Assembly (NCBI GenBank): GCA_044339945.1
Contig: JBIIUN010000002.1
Location: forward strand, 1-42,109
Length of the DNA: 42,109 nt
From: Candidatus Kapaibacterium sp.
GTDB taxonomy: Bacteria > Verrucomicrobiota > Verrucomicrobiia > Limisphaerales > UBA9464
Reading direction: 5' to 3'
Below are positions 25,920 to 35,724 of this stretch, piece by piece (the stretch's first letter is position 1; each line of letters opens with the position of its first letter). Below the pieces are notes generated by a model. It searched no databases. It saw only the letters and a list, made by a program, of their open reading frames with translations, and was not told the DNA's origin. The position numbers and the translations under genes are program-made.

Positions 25920-25940
25920 AAGTTGTTCACCGAACAACTT
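25920..25940. promoter_or_regulatory. Perfect 9-bp inverted repeat AAGTTGTTC-ACC-GAACAACTT in the mraZ/queA divergent intergenic region
   Basis: Read directly from the sequence. It lies about 75-95 nt upstream of the mraZ ATG. It could be an operator for a dimeric regulator or an RNA hairpin; the function is unknown. Confidence 0.35.
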
Positions 25941-26115
25941 TTGGCTGCGTTGGTGGCCGTCTTGGATCGTTCGAGCCGCAGTCTGCCTCATCGAATGGCT
26001 TTTCCTGATCACGCCCGACCGGAATTCGCCCCTAGAAGCCCCTGAGTCGGTTTAACCCGGCGCCGAATCCACTAAACGCCCCTCGGAGCCATCTAGCCCC
26101 TGTCCTCCCCTACCT

Positions 26116-27192
26116 GTGCAGACCGCTGACTTCGACTTTCACCTGCCGCCCGAGCTCATCGCCCAACAGCCTGCCCCGGAACGGGATGCATCCAGGTTGT
26201 TGGTCGTCGAACGGCCGTCCTCCCGCTTCCAGCACCGCATGTTCCGGGACCTTCCGGACCTGCTGCGGGCCGGTGATCTGCTGGTGATGAACAATTCCCG
26301 CGTGATCCCGGCCCGCCTGCGGGGTTCGAAGGCGGACACCGGCGGGGAGGTGGAAATCCTCCTCCTCGAAGAGTGCGGCCCGCTGGAGTGGTGGGTGCTG
26401 CTCAAGCCCGGCAAACGGGTCCGCCCCGGCTCGTGGATCAATTTCAGGCACCCCAACGGTGCGAATAGCGCAGTCCGGGCGGAAGTGCGGGCCAAAAACG
26501 AGGAAGGTCACTGCCAACTGCGGTTCAGTGGCACGGAAGACGTGTTGGCGTCGGCCCGTGAACTCGGCGAAATGCCCCTGCCCCCCTACATCGGTCGGAC
26601 CGAGCCGGCCGTGGGGGTGGAAGACCGAACTCGTTACCAAACCGTCTACGCCGCCCACGATGGTTCGGTGGCCGCACCAACCGCCGGACTGCATTTTACT
26701 CCCGGTCTGTTGGAACAACTGGGAAGTCGAGGCATTGAAACCCGGTTTGTGACCCTGCATGTCGGGGCCGGCACCTTCGCCCCGGTAAAGGCGGGCCGGA
26801 TCGAAGATCACCGCATGCACGAGGAGCGCTACGAGGTCCCGACCGGAACCGCGCAAGCGATCACCCGAGCCAAAGCGGAAGGTCGCCGGGTCATCGCCGT
26901 CGGGACCACGACGACCCGCGTCCTCGAACACGTCGCGCGCACTCACGGGCAGGTCGTTGCGGGTGCCGGTCGCACCCGGATTTTCCTGCACCCACCTGCC
27001 CCTTTCCTCGTGATCGACGCCCTGATCACCAATTTTCACCTGCCCCAAAGCACGCTCCTCATGTTGGTCAGCGCCTTCGCGGCACCAGGCGAACATCCGC
27101 GCGGACGTGACCTAGCGTTGCAGGCCTACGCCGAAGCCGTGCGCGAACGCTATCGGTTCTTCAGCTACGGCGACGCCATGTTGCTCGAATGA
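26116..27192 (+). CDS. queA: S-adenosylmethionine:tRNA ribosyltransferase-isomerase
   Basis: DFDFHLPPELIAQQPAPERDASRLL, LPPYI, HFTP..L and TNFHLPQSTLLMLVSAF are canonical QueA motifs. The start codon is GTG. Confidence 0.92.
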   Translation: MQTADFDFHLPPELIAQQPAPERDASRLLVVERPSSRFQHRMFRDLPDLLRAGDLLVMNNSRVIPARLRGSKADTGGEVEILLLEECGPLEWWVLLKPGKRVRPGSWINFRHPNGANSAVRAEVRAKNEEGHCQLRFSGTEDVLASARELGEMPLPPYIGRTEPAVGVEDRTRYQTVYAAHDGSVAAPTAGLHFTPGLLEQLGSRGIETRFVTLHVGAGTFAPVKAGRIEDHRMHEERYEVPTGTAQAITRAKAEGRRVIAVGTTTTRVLEHVARTHGQVVAGAGRTRIFLHPPAPFLVIDALITNFHLPQSTLLMLVSAFAAPGEHPRGRDLALQAYAEAVRERYRFFSYGDAMLLE

Positions 27193-27274
27193 GCGTGGGC
27201 TGTGGCCCGGCCGAGCCTCAGGCCCAGCACTTTTCCCGATTGGCGCGCGGCTGAATTCGGTTTTCGCTCCGTGC

Positions 27275-28018
27275 GTGGCCTCTCCCTCACCTGTTTCCCG
27301 ATCGCGGCCAAATCCTTCCGGCATCCCGCGACCGTTCGTCCTGATCAACATGGCGATGACCGCGGATGGGAAAATCGCCACCGCAAACCGGGCAGTAACC
27401 AGCTTCGGCAGCGCCCGAGACCTCGAACATCTCTACGAATTGCGCTCAACCACCGACGCAATCCTGTGCGGCGCCCGCACGGTGGAACAATCCCATGCCA
27501 CGTTGGGCAACGGCCCGGACAAATTCACCCGCCGCCGCGTGCGCGCGGGTCTCGCCCGGCACCCGCTCCGCGTCGTGGTCAGCGGCTCGGGCAGCCTTTC
27601 GCCCACAGCGGAACTGTGGGCCGCCGATTTTTCGCCCGTCATCGTGCTGTCCACTGAGAAGGCCAGCGAAACTCGGCTGAAGCGCCTTCGCCGCCTGGCC
27701 AGCGAGGTCTGGGTTTCCCGGGGCCGCGAGGTTGATTTCGCGGCCGCCCTGCAGGCCTTGCATGACGATCACGGGGTCCGGCGCCTCGTGTGCGAAGGCG
27801 GCGCGCAGGTGAACGACGCCCTGTTCCGTGCTGGGCTGGTGGATGAACTTCACCTGACGGTCTGCCCGCTGATCTTTGGCGGCCGCACCGCCCCGACCAT
27901 TTCGGACGGGACCGGATTCCAGCGCCTCGCCGATGCGGCCCAGTTGGAGCTGAAGTCGTTGAAGCGGGTCGGTGACGAACTATTTCTCGTCTATCGCTCC
28001 GCCGGCCCGAAGCCGTGA
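27275..28018 (+). CDS. RibD C-terminal-domain reductase (pyrimidine reductase / DHFR-like family)
   Basis: RPFVLINMAMTADGKIAT..., AILCGARTV, RLVCEGGAQVNDALFRAGLVDELHLTVCPLIFGG. No deaminase domain is present. GTG start. Confidence 0.75.
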   Translation: MASPSPVSRSRPNPSGIPRPFVLINMAMTADGKIATANRAVTSFGSARDLEHLYELRSTTDAILCGARTVEQSHATLGNGPDKFTRRRVRAGLARHPLRVVVSGSGSLSPTAELWAADFSPVIVLSTEKASETRLKRLRRLASEVWVSRGREVDFAAALQALHDDHGVRRLVCEGGAQVNDALFRAGLVDELHLTVCPLIFGGRTAPTISDGTGFQRLADAAQLELKSLKRVGDELFLVYRSAGPKP

Positions 28019-29332
28019 CTAACGACGGTAGGCCTCGGCCAGCAGCGTGATGGGGTGCACCACCCGCAGTTCGACGCCGCGTTGCTTGCAGCCAGTGATC
28101 AGTTGGAGCAAGCAGCCGGGATTACCCGTCGCCACCGTGGTGGCCCGACTCGCGATGACATGATTCATCTTCCGTTCGAGCAACTGCCCCGCCATCTCCG
28201 GCTGAGTCAGGTTGTATATGCCCGCGCTGCCACAGCACCAGTTGGATTCCGCCAATTCGACCAGCTTGAGATTGGGAATCGCCTTCAGTAATTGCCGGGG
28301 CTGGGCGGTAATCTTCTGCCCGTGGCACAGGTGGCAGCTTTCGTGGTAGGTCACCACCTGGTCCGGCTGCGATTTCGGTGCCGGCGCAATGCCGATTTCG
28401 CCAAGCCATTCGTGAATGTCCTTCACCTTGCGGTCCCACTCGTGGGCCCGGGCCAAGTAGGCGGAATCGTCCGCGAGCAGCTTGGCGTAGTGTTTCAGGT
28501 GCGACCCGCAGCCGCCGGCGTTGGTGATGATCGCGTCGAACTGGTCCGGCGGAAACTGGTCGATGTTCCGCCGCGCCAACTGTTGGGCGAGCGTCCATTC
28601 GCCGTTGTGCGCGTGCAACGAACCGCAGCAATTCTGGGCCGGCGGGGTAACCACTTCGCACCCGTTGCGCACCAATACTTCGACCGTGTCGCGGTTCACG
28701 CTCGCAAAGGTCAGGTCCTGCGCGCAGCCCGTCAGCATCGCCACCCGGAAACGGCGCTCGGCATACGCCGGGGTCAGCGGCGCAATCAGGTCCGCCGAGA
28801 ACTCGGCTTCCACCTCGGGGGTCATCGCCTCCAGTTCACGCAGCCGCTTGGGCAGGAGGTTCAGCACGCCGCTGTGGCGGACGAAGCCCTGCAAGCCCGT
28901 TTCCTGCCAGAGCCGCATGGCCCGCCCGAGCAACTGGAGCCGGCTGAGGTCCATGAACAGCCACCCTACCGTGAACGACCGGATCGCGGACCGTTTCGGT
29001 GACTTGAGCACGCCCGATGCCTCGGCCTCGGCCCGTGCGTGCTCGAATAACTCGGCATAGTTCACGCCGGCCGGACAGGCGGTCATACAGGCGAGGCAAC
29101 CGAGGCAGAAATACATCTCGTCCGCGAACTCCTTGGTCGGTTCCAGCCGTTCGTCCGCGATGGCTCGCATGAGCGAGATCCGGCCGCGCGGGGAATTCCG
29201 TTCCAGCTTCGTCGCGTCGTAGGTCGGACACGTCGGCAGGCAGAGCCCACAGTGCATGCACTGCTGGACCACGGAATAGTCGAGGTCCTTGAGATGCGAC
29301 GAACGGGAGGACTGGCTAGGCGACGCGGTCAT
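28019..29332 (-). CDS. (Fe-S)-binding CCG-domain oxidoreductase subunit, GlcF-like
   Basis: Two 4Fe-4S ferredoxin motifs (CMHCGLCLPTCP, CLGCLACMTACP) and two CCG motifs (NCCGS, WCCGSAG). The ATG at 29332 is used, and the Arg-rich 185-codon extension in the ORF track is rejected. Confidence 0.8.
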   Translation of the reverse strand: MTASPSQSSRSSHLKDLDYSVVQQCMHCGLCLPTCPTYDATKLERNSPRGRISLMRAIADERLEPTKEFADEMYFCLGCLACMTACPAGVNYAELFEHARAEAEASGVLKSPKRSAIRSFTVGWLFMDLSRLQLLGRAMRLWQETGLQGFVRHSGVLNLLPKRLRELEAMTPEVEAEFSADLIAPLTPAYAERRFRVAMLTGCAQDLTFASVNRDTVEVLVRNGCEVVTPPAQNCCGSLHAHNGEWTLAQQLARRNIDQFPPDQFDAIITNAGGCGSHLKHYAKLLADDSAYLARAHEWDRKVKDIHEWLGEIGIAPAPKSQPDQVVTYHESCHLCHGQKITAQPRQLLKAIPNLKLVELAESNWCCGSAGIYNLTQPEMAGQLLERKMNHVIASRATTVATGNPGCLLQLITGCKQRGVELRVVHPITLLAEAYRR

Positions 29333-29424
29333 GGATAAACGGCGGCGGCAGAGTCGCGGACGAAGGCCCGGCGGGGAAACCAAAAACCATTCACGGAATT
29401 GAATCGCCCGCGCCCGTCCCGGCG

Positions 29425-30501
29425 TCAGCCCTTCACCCCGAGGCCGATTTCCTCCCGCAGGAAGCGCAGGCTGCGGGCCAGTTCGCCTTCCTGCCGCTCG
29501 CGGTCGGAGATGGCTTCCTTCAGCACTGGTTTGCCGCGCTTTGCCAGGGCGAGGAACTTCGCCAGTTCCGCCGCCGGCTTCTTGGGAAATGCGTCGAGGA
29601 ACGTCCCGTCGAGGTAGGGAAACTCGACCGCGAATCCGCCGATGGTCTCGACGTTCACCGCCACGCCTGGGCAGAGCTGGGCAAAACGCGCGAAGTAGGC
29701 TTTCCAATCCACGCAGCCGCCTTCGCCGAAAGCCGTCCACTGGACCGAGGCGCCCTTTGGTGTTTCCCAAATGGCGGAATCGCGCAGGCTGGTCGTCAGC
29801 GCATAGGGTCCAAGCTTCTCCAGGGAATCCAGCGGGTCTTCCAGCGTCCACACGGCATTGCCATTGTCCATGTTCGCGCCGACCCAATCCTTGCCCGCGG
29901 CCTCGATCAGGGACACCAACTCGGTAGCGGTCATGTCGCCGGCATGGTTCTCAATGGCTACCTTGACCCCGGAATCCACCGCCAGGCTGCGCTGCGACTT
30001 GAGCACCTTCACCGTGTCCTCGATGCGCGCCTCGATTCCACCCGGCGTGCGGCGATCTTCGCGGGCTCCCAGCACCACCCGGAACGCGAATGAGCCGAGC
30101 GCCTTGGAAAGCTGGATGCCCAACGCCAAGTGTTCCTCGGCCGTGCCCCAGTCCTTTTTGAACGTCTTGGAAGTCGGGCAAATGCTCCAGGAACCGAGCA
30201 GCAGTTCGATGCCCTTGTCGGTGGCGTAGGCGCGCAATTCAGCCGCGTCCTTGAGCTCCTTTGATCCCAAGGCCGGCAAGTCGGTGATGAACAGCGTGTC
30301 CAAGTTCAGCTTGGCGGCGTAGTCCACCAAGGCACGTCCCTTCAGCCCGAGGACCCGCACGGCGAAATTGTCCATGCCGAGCTTGATGCGTTTGCCGTTG
30401 CGGTCCAGCAGCGGGGCGGCGGCGGCCCGGACGGGCAAGGTGGTGGCCGCCAGTCCGGCGGCGGCGAGCGAAGCGGTGGCGAGGAAGTCGCGGCGGTTCA
30501 T
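29425..30501 (-). CDS. TAT-exported xylose-isomerase-like TIM-barrel protein (sugar phosphate isomerase/epimerase family)
   Basis: Twin-arginine signal MNRRDFLATASLAAAGLAATTLPVRAAAA. The body resembles AP-endonuclease-2/xylose-isomerase-fold proteins (..VAIENHAGD..). Confidence 0.7.
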   Translation of the reverse strand: MNRRDFLATASLAAAGLAATTLPVRAAAAPLLDRNGKRIKLGMDNFAVRVLGLKGRALVDYAAKLNLDTLFITDLPALGSKELKDAAELRAYATDKGIELLLGSWSICPTSKTFKKDWGTAEEHLALGIQLSKALGSFAFRVVLGAREDRRTPGGIEARIEDTVKVLKSQRSLAVDSGVKVAIENHAGDMTATELVSLIEAAGKDWVGANMDNGNAVWTLEDPLDSLEKLGPYALTTSLRDSAIWETPKGASVQWTAFGEGGCVDWKAYFARFAQLCPGVAVNVETIGGFAVEFPYLDGTFLDAFPKKPAAELAKFLALAKRGKPVLKEAISDRERQEGELARSLRFLREEIGLGVKG

Positions 30502-30577
30502 AGGAAAATGGCTGCGCGGTTGTCGCACGCAGGCCACCGGGGACGCAAGGGTCACGGCTCACCCGGCCGGGGCCAGT

Positions 30578-30979
30578 TCAAGCCGGCCGCGCGAACGGCC
30601 GCCGAAAGGCCTCCTCGAAATCGTAGCCGCCCTGGAAATCTTCCCGGCGGTCTTCGTCGGTTTTCGAGAGAATCTGGGCGTCGATCATGTTGAACACGAT
30701 TTCGCCCACGTCTTCGCAACGCCGGATACCCCACTCTTCCAGCACGCAGTGAGTCATCGGCCCGAACTGGTTCAGCGCCAGCCGCCGGACGCCGTCGAGC
30801 AATTCTTGCCCGGAAACATGCTGCCCCTTCCGCGGTTGGACCGCGGCGATGGCCTCGTTTTGGAGCGTGTCGCGCGTGAAATCCAGCGCGTCCCGCACAA
30901 AGTGATAGGCCCCGCGGGCGTAGCGCCCATCGCGCGCCAGCAACGGGTCCAAAGCTGAATCGAAGTCCACGGCGGACAT
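30578..30979 (-). CDS. Minf_1886-family protein (Verrucomicrobia/Planctomycetes-restricted conserved hypothetical)
   Basis: YHFVRDALDFT...HVSGQELLDGVRRLALNQFGPMT..VLEEWGI..CEDVGEIVFNMI matches my recollection of this family. The function is unknown. Confidence 0.6.
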   Translation of the reverse strand: MSAVDFDSALDPLLARDGRYARGAYHFVRDALDFTRDTLQNEAIAAVQPRKGQHVSGQELLDGVRRLALNQFGPMTHCVLEEWGIRRCEDVGEIVFNMIDAQILSKTDEDRREDFQGGYDFEEAFRRPFARPA

Positions 30980-30981
30980 GG

Positions 30982-31173
30982 CTAACGAACGCCTCCTTCA
31001 GCGGTGCCGGGCAGCGGCGCGAGCGGCCGGGGCGGCTGCATCCGCAGCCACATCTTCCCCGCCAAGCCGGAAACCAGCAGGACGAGGAAGATGAAGAGCA
31101 CCCAGATTTCCTGTTTCGTCATGCGCATCACCGGCGGGAAGCCTAGCAAACCAAGGGCGATTCGTGAACCCAT
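30982..31173 (-). CDS. Small hypothetical membrane protein (up to 63 aa)
   Basis: One clear TM helix (IWVLFIFLVLLVSGLAG). It fills the gap between the leuS stop and the Minf_1886 gene start, and its stop is adjacent to the next ATG. The start is uncertain (alternatives at MRM). Confidence 0.4.
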   Translation of the reverse strand: MGSRIALGLLGFPPVMRMTKQEIWVLFIFLVLLVSGLAGKMWLRMQPPRPLAPLPGTAEGGVR

Positions 31174-31186
31174 CTCTGCTTCCAGT

Positions 31187-34075
31187 TCAGGCGACCACCA
31201 AGTTCACCATCTTCTTGGGCACGACAATGACCTTCTTGATCGTCTTGCCTTCGAGGAACGGTTGCACCTTCGGCGCAGCTTTGGCGGCCGCTTCCAGCGT
31301 GGCGTTGTCGGCGTCCACGGCGACCCGGATGACATCGCGCATCTTGCCATTCACCGAGACAGGCAGTTCGACCTCGCTCTCCACCAGCAGCGCGGGATCA
31401 AAGGCCGGCCACGGTTCGTAGCTCAAACTCGGGGCAGTCAGCCCCAGATGCAGGTGCAACTTGTGCCACAATTCCTCGCAAATGTGCGGCGCGAACGGCG
31501 CCAGCAACTGCAGGAACGTCCGCAGAACGCCGGCAGGCTTCACGTCCCAGGTCATGGCCTCGTTCGTGAACACCATCATCGCGGAAATGGCGGTGTTGAA
31601 GCGCATGCCTTCGAGGTCATCGGTGACCTTCTTGATGCAGGCGTGCAGGGTCTTGGCCTGGGCCGGCGTCGCCGCCACGTCACGGATGGTCGCGGCCAAC
31701 TTCACCTGCGCGAGGAACTCCTCGCCCCGCTCCGGCTGGGCGGAGAGATTCTGCTCAAACTCGTCGTAGGATTGTTCATCCACGAACATGCGCCAAACCC
31801 GGCCCAGGAAACGGTAAACGCCTTCGACGCCACGGGTGTTCCACGGCTTGGTTTCCTGGAGCGGCCCCATGAACATCTCGTAAAGCCGGAACGCATCGGC
31901 GCCGTATTCCGCGAGCACGTCGTCGGGATTGACCACGTTTCCGCGGGACTTGGACATCTTCTGGCCGTCTTCGCCAAGAATCAGGCCCTGATTGACCAGT
32001 TTGAAGAACGGTTCGGCGGTGGAGACGTGACCAAGGTCGAAGAGTATCTTGTGCCAGAACCGGGCGTAGAGCAGGTGCAACACGGCGTGCTCGGTGCCTC
32101 CGACATACAAGTCCACTCCGGGAGTGGAGTTCGCAGATGAGGATTCGGAAATCGGAGATGGGGCGGAACCCATCCAGTAGCTCTCCACGTCGCGGTTTAC
32201 GAAGGCGGAGCCGTTCTTGGCGTCGAGGTAGCGGAGGTAATACCAGCACGACCCGGCCCACTGGGGCATGGTATTGGTCTCGCGGATGGACCCGTCGGGC
32301 AGATGGAGCCAATCCTTCGCGCGGGCCAACGGGGGCTCGCCGCTCGCCGTCGGCTTGTAGTCCTCCAGCGTGGGCGGGAGCAACGGCAGCGCGCTCTCGG
32401 GCAAGGCTTCGTGGTAGAGGTTCCCGGCGGCGTCCTTCGTCCAGATGATCGGGAACGGTTCGCCCCAATACCGCTGACGGCTGAAGAGCCAGTCGCGCAG
32501 CTTGAAGTTGACCGTCTTCTGGCCGAGGCCCTTGGACTCCAGCCACGCGGTGATCTTGGCTTTGGCTTCCACAGTCGAAAGGCCGTCGAGGAAGTCCGAA
32601 TTTATGGCTATGCCGGCACCCGAAAACGCTGTGCTGAATTCAGCCGGCTTCTCGATAAATTCCTTGTAAACCTGTGGCTCCAGGGATTTGTCCCGGCTAG
32701 TCGCTACCTCGATAAGTTCAAGATAGGTCCACTCCATTTTCTCTCCACCTAGGATCACATCAACTTGGAGGTGTCCTCCATTTTCAGACAGCCACTGAAT
32801 GGTCGGCTTCACGACCGCCTTGATTGGCAATCGATAGTTGATTGCGAACTCCAAGTCCCGCTCGTCGTGCGCGGGCACGGCCATGATCGCGCCGGTGCCG
32901 TAGGTCGCGAGGACGTAGTCGGCGATCCAGATGGGGATCTTCTCGCCGTTGACCGGATTGATGGCATAGGCGCCGGTCCAGACTCCGGTCTTTTCCTTGG
33001 CCAGCTCGGTGCGCTCCAAGTCGGACTTGGTGGCGGCGAATTCCTGATACTGCTTCACCGCTGCCGCCTGCGCGGGCGTGGTGATCTGACCGACGAGTTT
33101 GTGCTCGGGCGACAGGACCATGTAGGTCGCGCCGAAGAGCGTGTCGGGTCGGGTGGTGAAGACGCGGATCTTGGCGGCGTGGCCGTCCACTTGGAAATCC
33201 ACCTCAGCGCCTTCCGACTTCCCGATCCAGTTCCGCTGCATTTCCTTCAGCGAGTCGGACCAGTCGATGGTGTCGAGATCGGCCAGCAGCTTCTCGGCGA
33301 AGGCGGTGATGCGGAGCATCCATTGGCGCATCGGCTTGCGGATGACGGGGAAGCCGCCGACCTCGCTCTTGCCGTCGATGACTTCCTCATTGGCCAGGAC
33401 CGTGCCCAGCTCGGGGCACCAGTTCACCGGCGCTTCGCTGACGAAGGCGAGGCGCTTGGAGTCGCGGAACGCGCGTTGCTTATCCTCCGTGTCGCAGTCG
33501 GCCGGATAGGTCAGCGTGCTGATCGGCTCGGCCTTGTTCGTGGCCGGGTTGAACCACGAATTGTAGATCTGGAGGAAGATCCACTGGGTCCACCTGAAAT
33601 ACTCGGGATCGGTGGTGGCCACTTCGCGGGACCAGTCGTAGCTGAAGCCGAGCGACCTGATCTGCCGGGTGAAGTTCGCGATGTTCGCCTCGGTCGTGAC
33701 CCGCGGATGCTGGCCGGTCTTCACCGCGTATTGCTCGGCGGGCAGGCCGAAGGAGTCCCAGCCCATCGGGTGCAGGACGTTCTTGCCCTGCGAACGGCGG
33801 AAGCGCGCGAGGATGTCCGTGGCGGTGTAGCCCTCGGGATGGCCGACGTGCAGTCCGGCGCCAGAGGGATACGGGAACATGTCGAGGATGTAGAACTTGG
33901 GCGGCAGTTGCTGGCCCCCGGGCGCACTCCCTCCAAGACCGTGCCTGAGGCCAAACGGATGCGCGACTGGCACCGTCTCGCCGGGACCCCAAGCGCGAAA
34001 CGTCTGCTGCTCCTCCCAGCGGCGTTGCCAGCTGGATTCAAATTGCGGGAATGGAAACTGATTGCGACCGGCCAT
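31187..34075 (-). CDS. leuS: Leucine--tRNA ligase (long form with several insertions)
   Basis: HIGH motif (LHVGHPEGY), KMSKS motif (QKMSKSRGN), CP1 editing domain and the C-terminal tRNA-binding region are present. The ATG at 34075 ([22 protein letters not shown]) is preferred over the ORF-track start. Confidence 0.92.
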   Translation of the reverse strand: MAGRNQFPFPQFESSWQRRWEEQQTFRAWGPGETVPVAHPFGLRHGLGGSAPGGQQLPPKFYILDMFPYPSGAGLHVGHPEGYTATDILARFRRSQGKNVLHPMGWDSFGLPAEQYAVKTGQHPRVTTEANIANFTRQIRSLGFSYDWSREVATTDPEYFRWTQWIFLQIYNSWFNPATNKAEPISTLTYPADCDTEDKQRAFRDSKRLAFVSEAPVNWCPELGTVLANEEVIDGKSEVGGFPVIRKPMRQWMLRITAFAEKLLADLDTIDWSDSLKEMQRNWIGKSEGAEVDFQVDGHAAKIRVFTTRPDTLFGATYMVLSPEHKLVGQITTPAQAAAVKQYQEFAATKSDLERTELAKEKTGVWTGAYAINPVNGEKIPIWIADYVLATYGTGAIMAVPAHDERDLEFAINYRLPIKAVVKPTIQWLSENGGHLQVDVILGGEKMEWTYLELIEVATSRDKSLEPQVYKEFIEKPAEFSTAFSGAGIAINSDFLDGLSTVEAKAKITAWLESKGLGQKTVNFKLRDWLFSRQRYWGEPFPIIWTKDAAGNLYHEALPESALPLLPPTLEDYKPTASGEPPLARAKDWLHLPDGSIRETNTMPQWAGSCWYYLRYLDAKNGSAFVNRDVESYWMGSAPSPISESSSANSTPGVDLYVGGTEHAVLHLLYARFWHKILFDLGHVSTAEPFFKLVNQGLILGEDGQKMSKSRGNVVNPDDVLAEYGADAFRLYEMFMGPLQETKPWNTRGVEGVYRFLGRVWRMFVDEQSYDEFEQNLSAQPERGEEFLAQVKLAATIRDVAATPAQAKTLHACIKKVTDDLEGMRFNTAISAMMVFTNEAMTWDVKPAGVLRTFLQLLAPFAPHICEELWHKLHLHLGLTAPSLSYEPWPAFDPALLVESEVELPVSVNGKMRDVIRVAVDADNATLEAAAKAAPKVQPFLEGKTIKKVIVVPKKMVNLVVA

Positions 34076-34202
34076 AGTGAACTCGCTGGAGACTAGCAGG
34101 CGGTCGAATGCGGGGAAAGCGGTAGTCTCCTGCATGCCGCAACGCCAACCCGAAGCCTTCTGGAGGTCATCCGATGGATATCCAAAAATAGCTATTCTCA
34201 GC

Positions 34203-34231
34203 TTGACCCGACAAACGATCCCCGGTAGTTA
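34203..34231 (+). promoter_or_regulatory. Candidate sigma70-like promoter for the PEP-CTERM gene (TTGACC-17 nt-TAGTTA)
   Basis: This is a hexamer and spacing match only, and the -10 element is weak. An AGGAG sits upstream of the ATG at 34268. Confidence 0.2.
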
Positions 34232-34267
34232 TTTCCCGACGACGACAAGGAGTCAGGAATTTATCCA

Positions 34268-35020
34268 ATGAAAATCAATCACTGCATGCTGCTGGCGCTT
34301 GGGGGACTTGCCGCCAGTTTCTCGGTGTCGGCCAAGATGCTCGACACTTTCGAAACATTTCTTACACCGCAGGTTAACGCGCTCGGATTTAACCTAACTT
34401 CGAGTGGTGCGACTGCCAACGACCGGCCCGCCGGTGATGCGCTCGGGGGCGTTGCGACAGATACGGATTTCGCTGTTTTGTCCCGTCGGGCTAGCTTGCT
34501 GCGGACCGGTGGCTCAGGCTCGCCGACGTTCAGTAACGCGGGAGGGGGCACTGCGACATGGAGTAACTCGCAAACGGACACCTCGACGGCAACTCTGCGG
34601 TATGTGTTCGATGTGGAGGACTTCGGTTCACAGAACATCACTGCCATTGATTTCTTGCTACCCAACCCAGTTAGCGGAGTAGACCTGACTATTCAGGTGT
34701 TTACGTCTGGCAGCTCTCCTGCCTCTCCGGGAATGGTTGGAATTCAGGGTGTTTTTCCTGACGCTTTCTCAGGTGTGGCTTCTACGTTCAATGCCGCCTC
34801 GTTTACGACGTCCATCGGTGGGGGGACAGCGGGCGTTTGGAACACTGCCCGTCAGATCATTTTCACGATGACCTCAACCACCCCTGGGGTTGTTTTGGAG
34901 ATTGAGGAAATTAGTTTCCTTCGGACTGCGGAAGTTCCCGAAGCGAAGACGATGATTCCGGCTCTGGGATTGACCGGGTTGGTTGGTTTCGTTGCTTGGA
35001 AACGACGCAAGAGTAACTGA
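34268..35020 (+). CDS. Secreted PEP-CTERM-anchored protein of unknown function
   Basis: Signal peptide MKINHCMLLALGGLAASFSVSA. The C-terminal sorting signal is VPEAKT, then a TM helix (MIPALGLTGLVGFVAW), then KRRKSN. GC content is lower than in the flanks. Confidence 0.75.
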   Translation: MKINHCMLLALGGLAASFSVSAKMLDTFETFLTPQVNALGFNLTSSGATANDRPAGDALGGVATDTDFAVLSRRASLLRTGGSGSPTFSNAGGGTATWSNSQTDTSTATLRYVFDVEDFGSQNITAIDFLLPNPVSGVDLTIQVFTSGSSPASPGMVGIQGVFPDAFSGVASTFNAASFTTSIGGGTAGVWNTARQIIFTMTSTTPGVVLEIEEISFLRTAEVPEAKTMIPALGLTGLVGFVAWKRRKSN

Positions 35021-35036
35021 GTTCTGCCGCTTCTTC

Positions 35037-35069
35037 AAAAACCCGCAGAGTTAACTCTGCGGGTTTTCT
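35037..35069 (+). terminator. Rho-independent terminator (bidirectional-looking)
   Basis: CAAAA-ACCCGCAGAG-TTAA-CTCTGCGGGT-TTTT forms a perfect 10-bp stem with a 4-nt loop and a T-run. It starts 17 nt after the PEP-CTERM gene stop. Confidence 0.8.
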
Positions 35070-35199
35070 ATTTCGATGTTGGAAGGTCTGGAATTGGGCC
35101 TCCGCCGAAGTCTGTGTTGACTCGGTGAAACCTGTGAGTGGTATCCAACTCGAGGCGTGGGCCCGCTCATGAGATTCTTCATGCCCTGCCCAAAGCTAG

Positions 35200-35640
35200 A
35201 GGCTAAGTTCCGGGAGAAGATCGAGTGGAGCAAACGCTACGAGCCGGCGCTTGCTGGCATTGACACGGCTTGATGGACAACCGCCGCTACCTCCAAGCCA
35301 AAGTGGGACGATCGGCTGATTTGCCGACTAGATAGAGTGGCTCCGGCTAGCGCAGCGTGGGCGTGGGCAAGACCATGCAGCAGTTGGTGGGCGAGAAAGC
35401 ACCCTAGAATGCCGCCACTACCTGAGCAGCCTGCCGGTGGACGCGGCACCTTCGACTAGGCCGCTAGCAAACATTGGGAGTTGGAACATCAATTTCACTG
35501 AGTGCGGAACAAGGTATTGGGCGAGTATCAAGCCGGAGCCTCCACCGCTCCTGAAACCGCGAACCTCATCCGGATCGAGAAGAGTTGCCCACGTGACCCC
35601 GAGGAAAAATTACTAATCGCCCCACTCTTCAACAACACGC
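35200..35640 (+). pseudogene. Decayed C-terminal fragment of an ISAs1-family (H-repeat-like) transposase
   Basis: Across shifting frames with stops, the translation reads ...RESTLECRHYLSSLPVDAAP... then KHWELEHQFH*VRNKVLGEYQAGASTAPETANLIRI. This resembles the ISAs1 C-terminal consensus (E.RYY.SSL...R.HW.IEN.LHW.LDV.F.ED..R.R.G.AP.N.A.LR). No intact ORF or terminal repeats were seen, and the boundaries are approximate. Confidence 0.55.
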
Positions 35641-35724
35641 TAGACAATCCATGGATACCACTCCACGTCAGCGTTCCCACTGAAACCGAATCCAATCCAA
35701 AAACATCCTCGCCAACACAGACAA

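Noticed and set aside
26024-26112. Four or five occurrences of GCCCCT/CCCCT just upstream of the queA start
   Set aside because: The spacing is irregular (10, 40 and 18 nt) and the pentamer is C-rich in a GC-rich genome. This is indistinguishable from chance without conservation data.
29333-29887. 185-codon N-terminal extension of the GlcF-like ORF. Similar extensions occur on fabI (7375..7575), murG (14195..14488), ddl and tsaB.
   Set aside because: The extensions are Arg/Gly/Pro-rich, overlap the upstream gene or its 3' end, and precede internal ATGs that give canonical N-termini and tight operon junctions.
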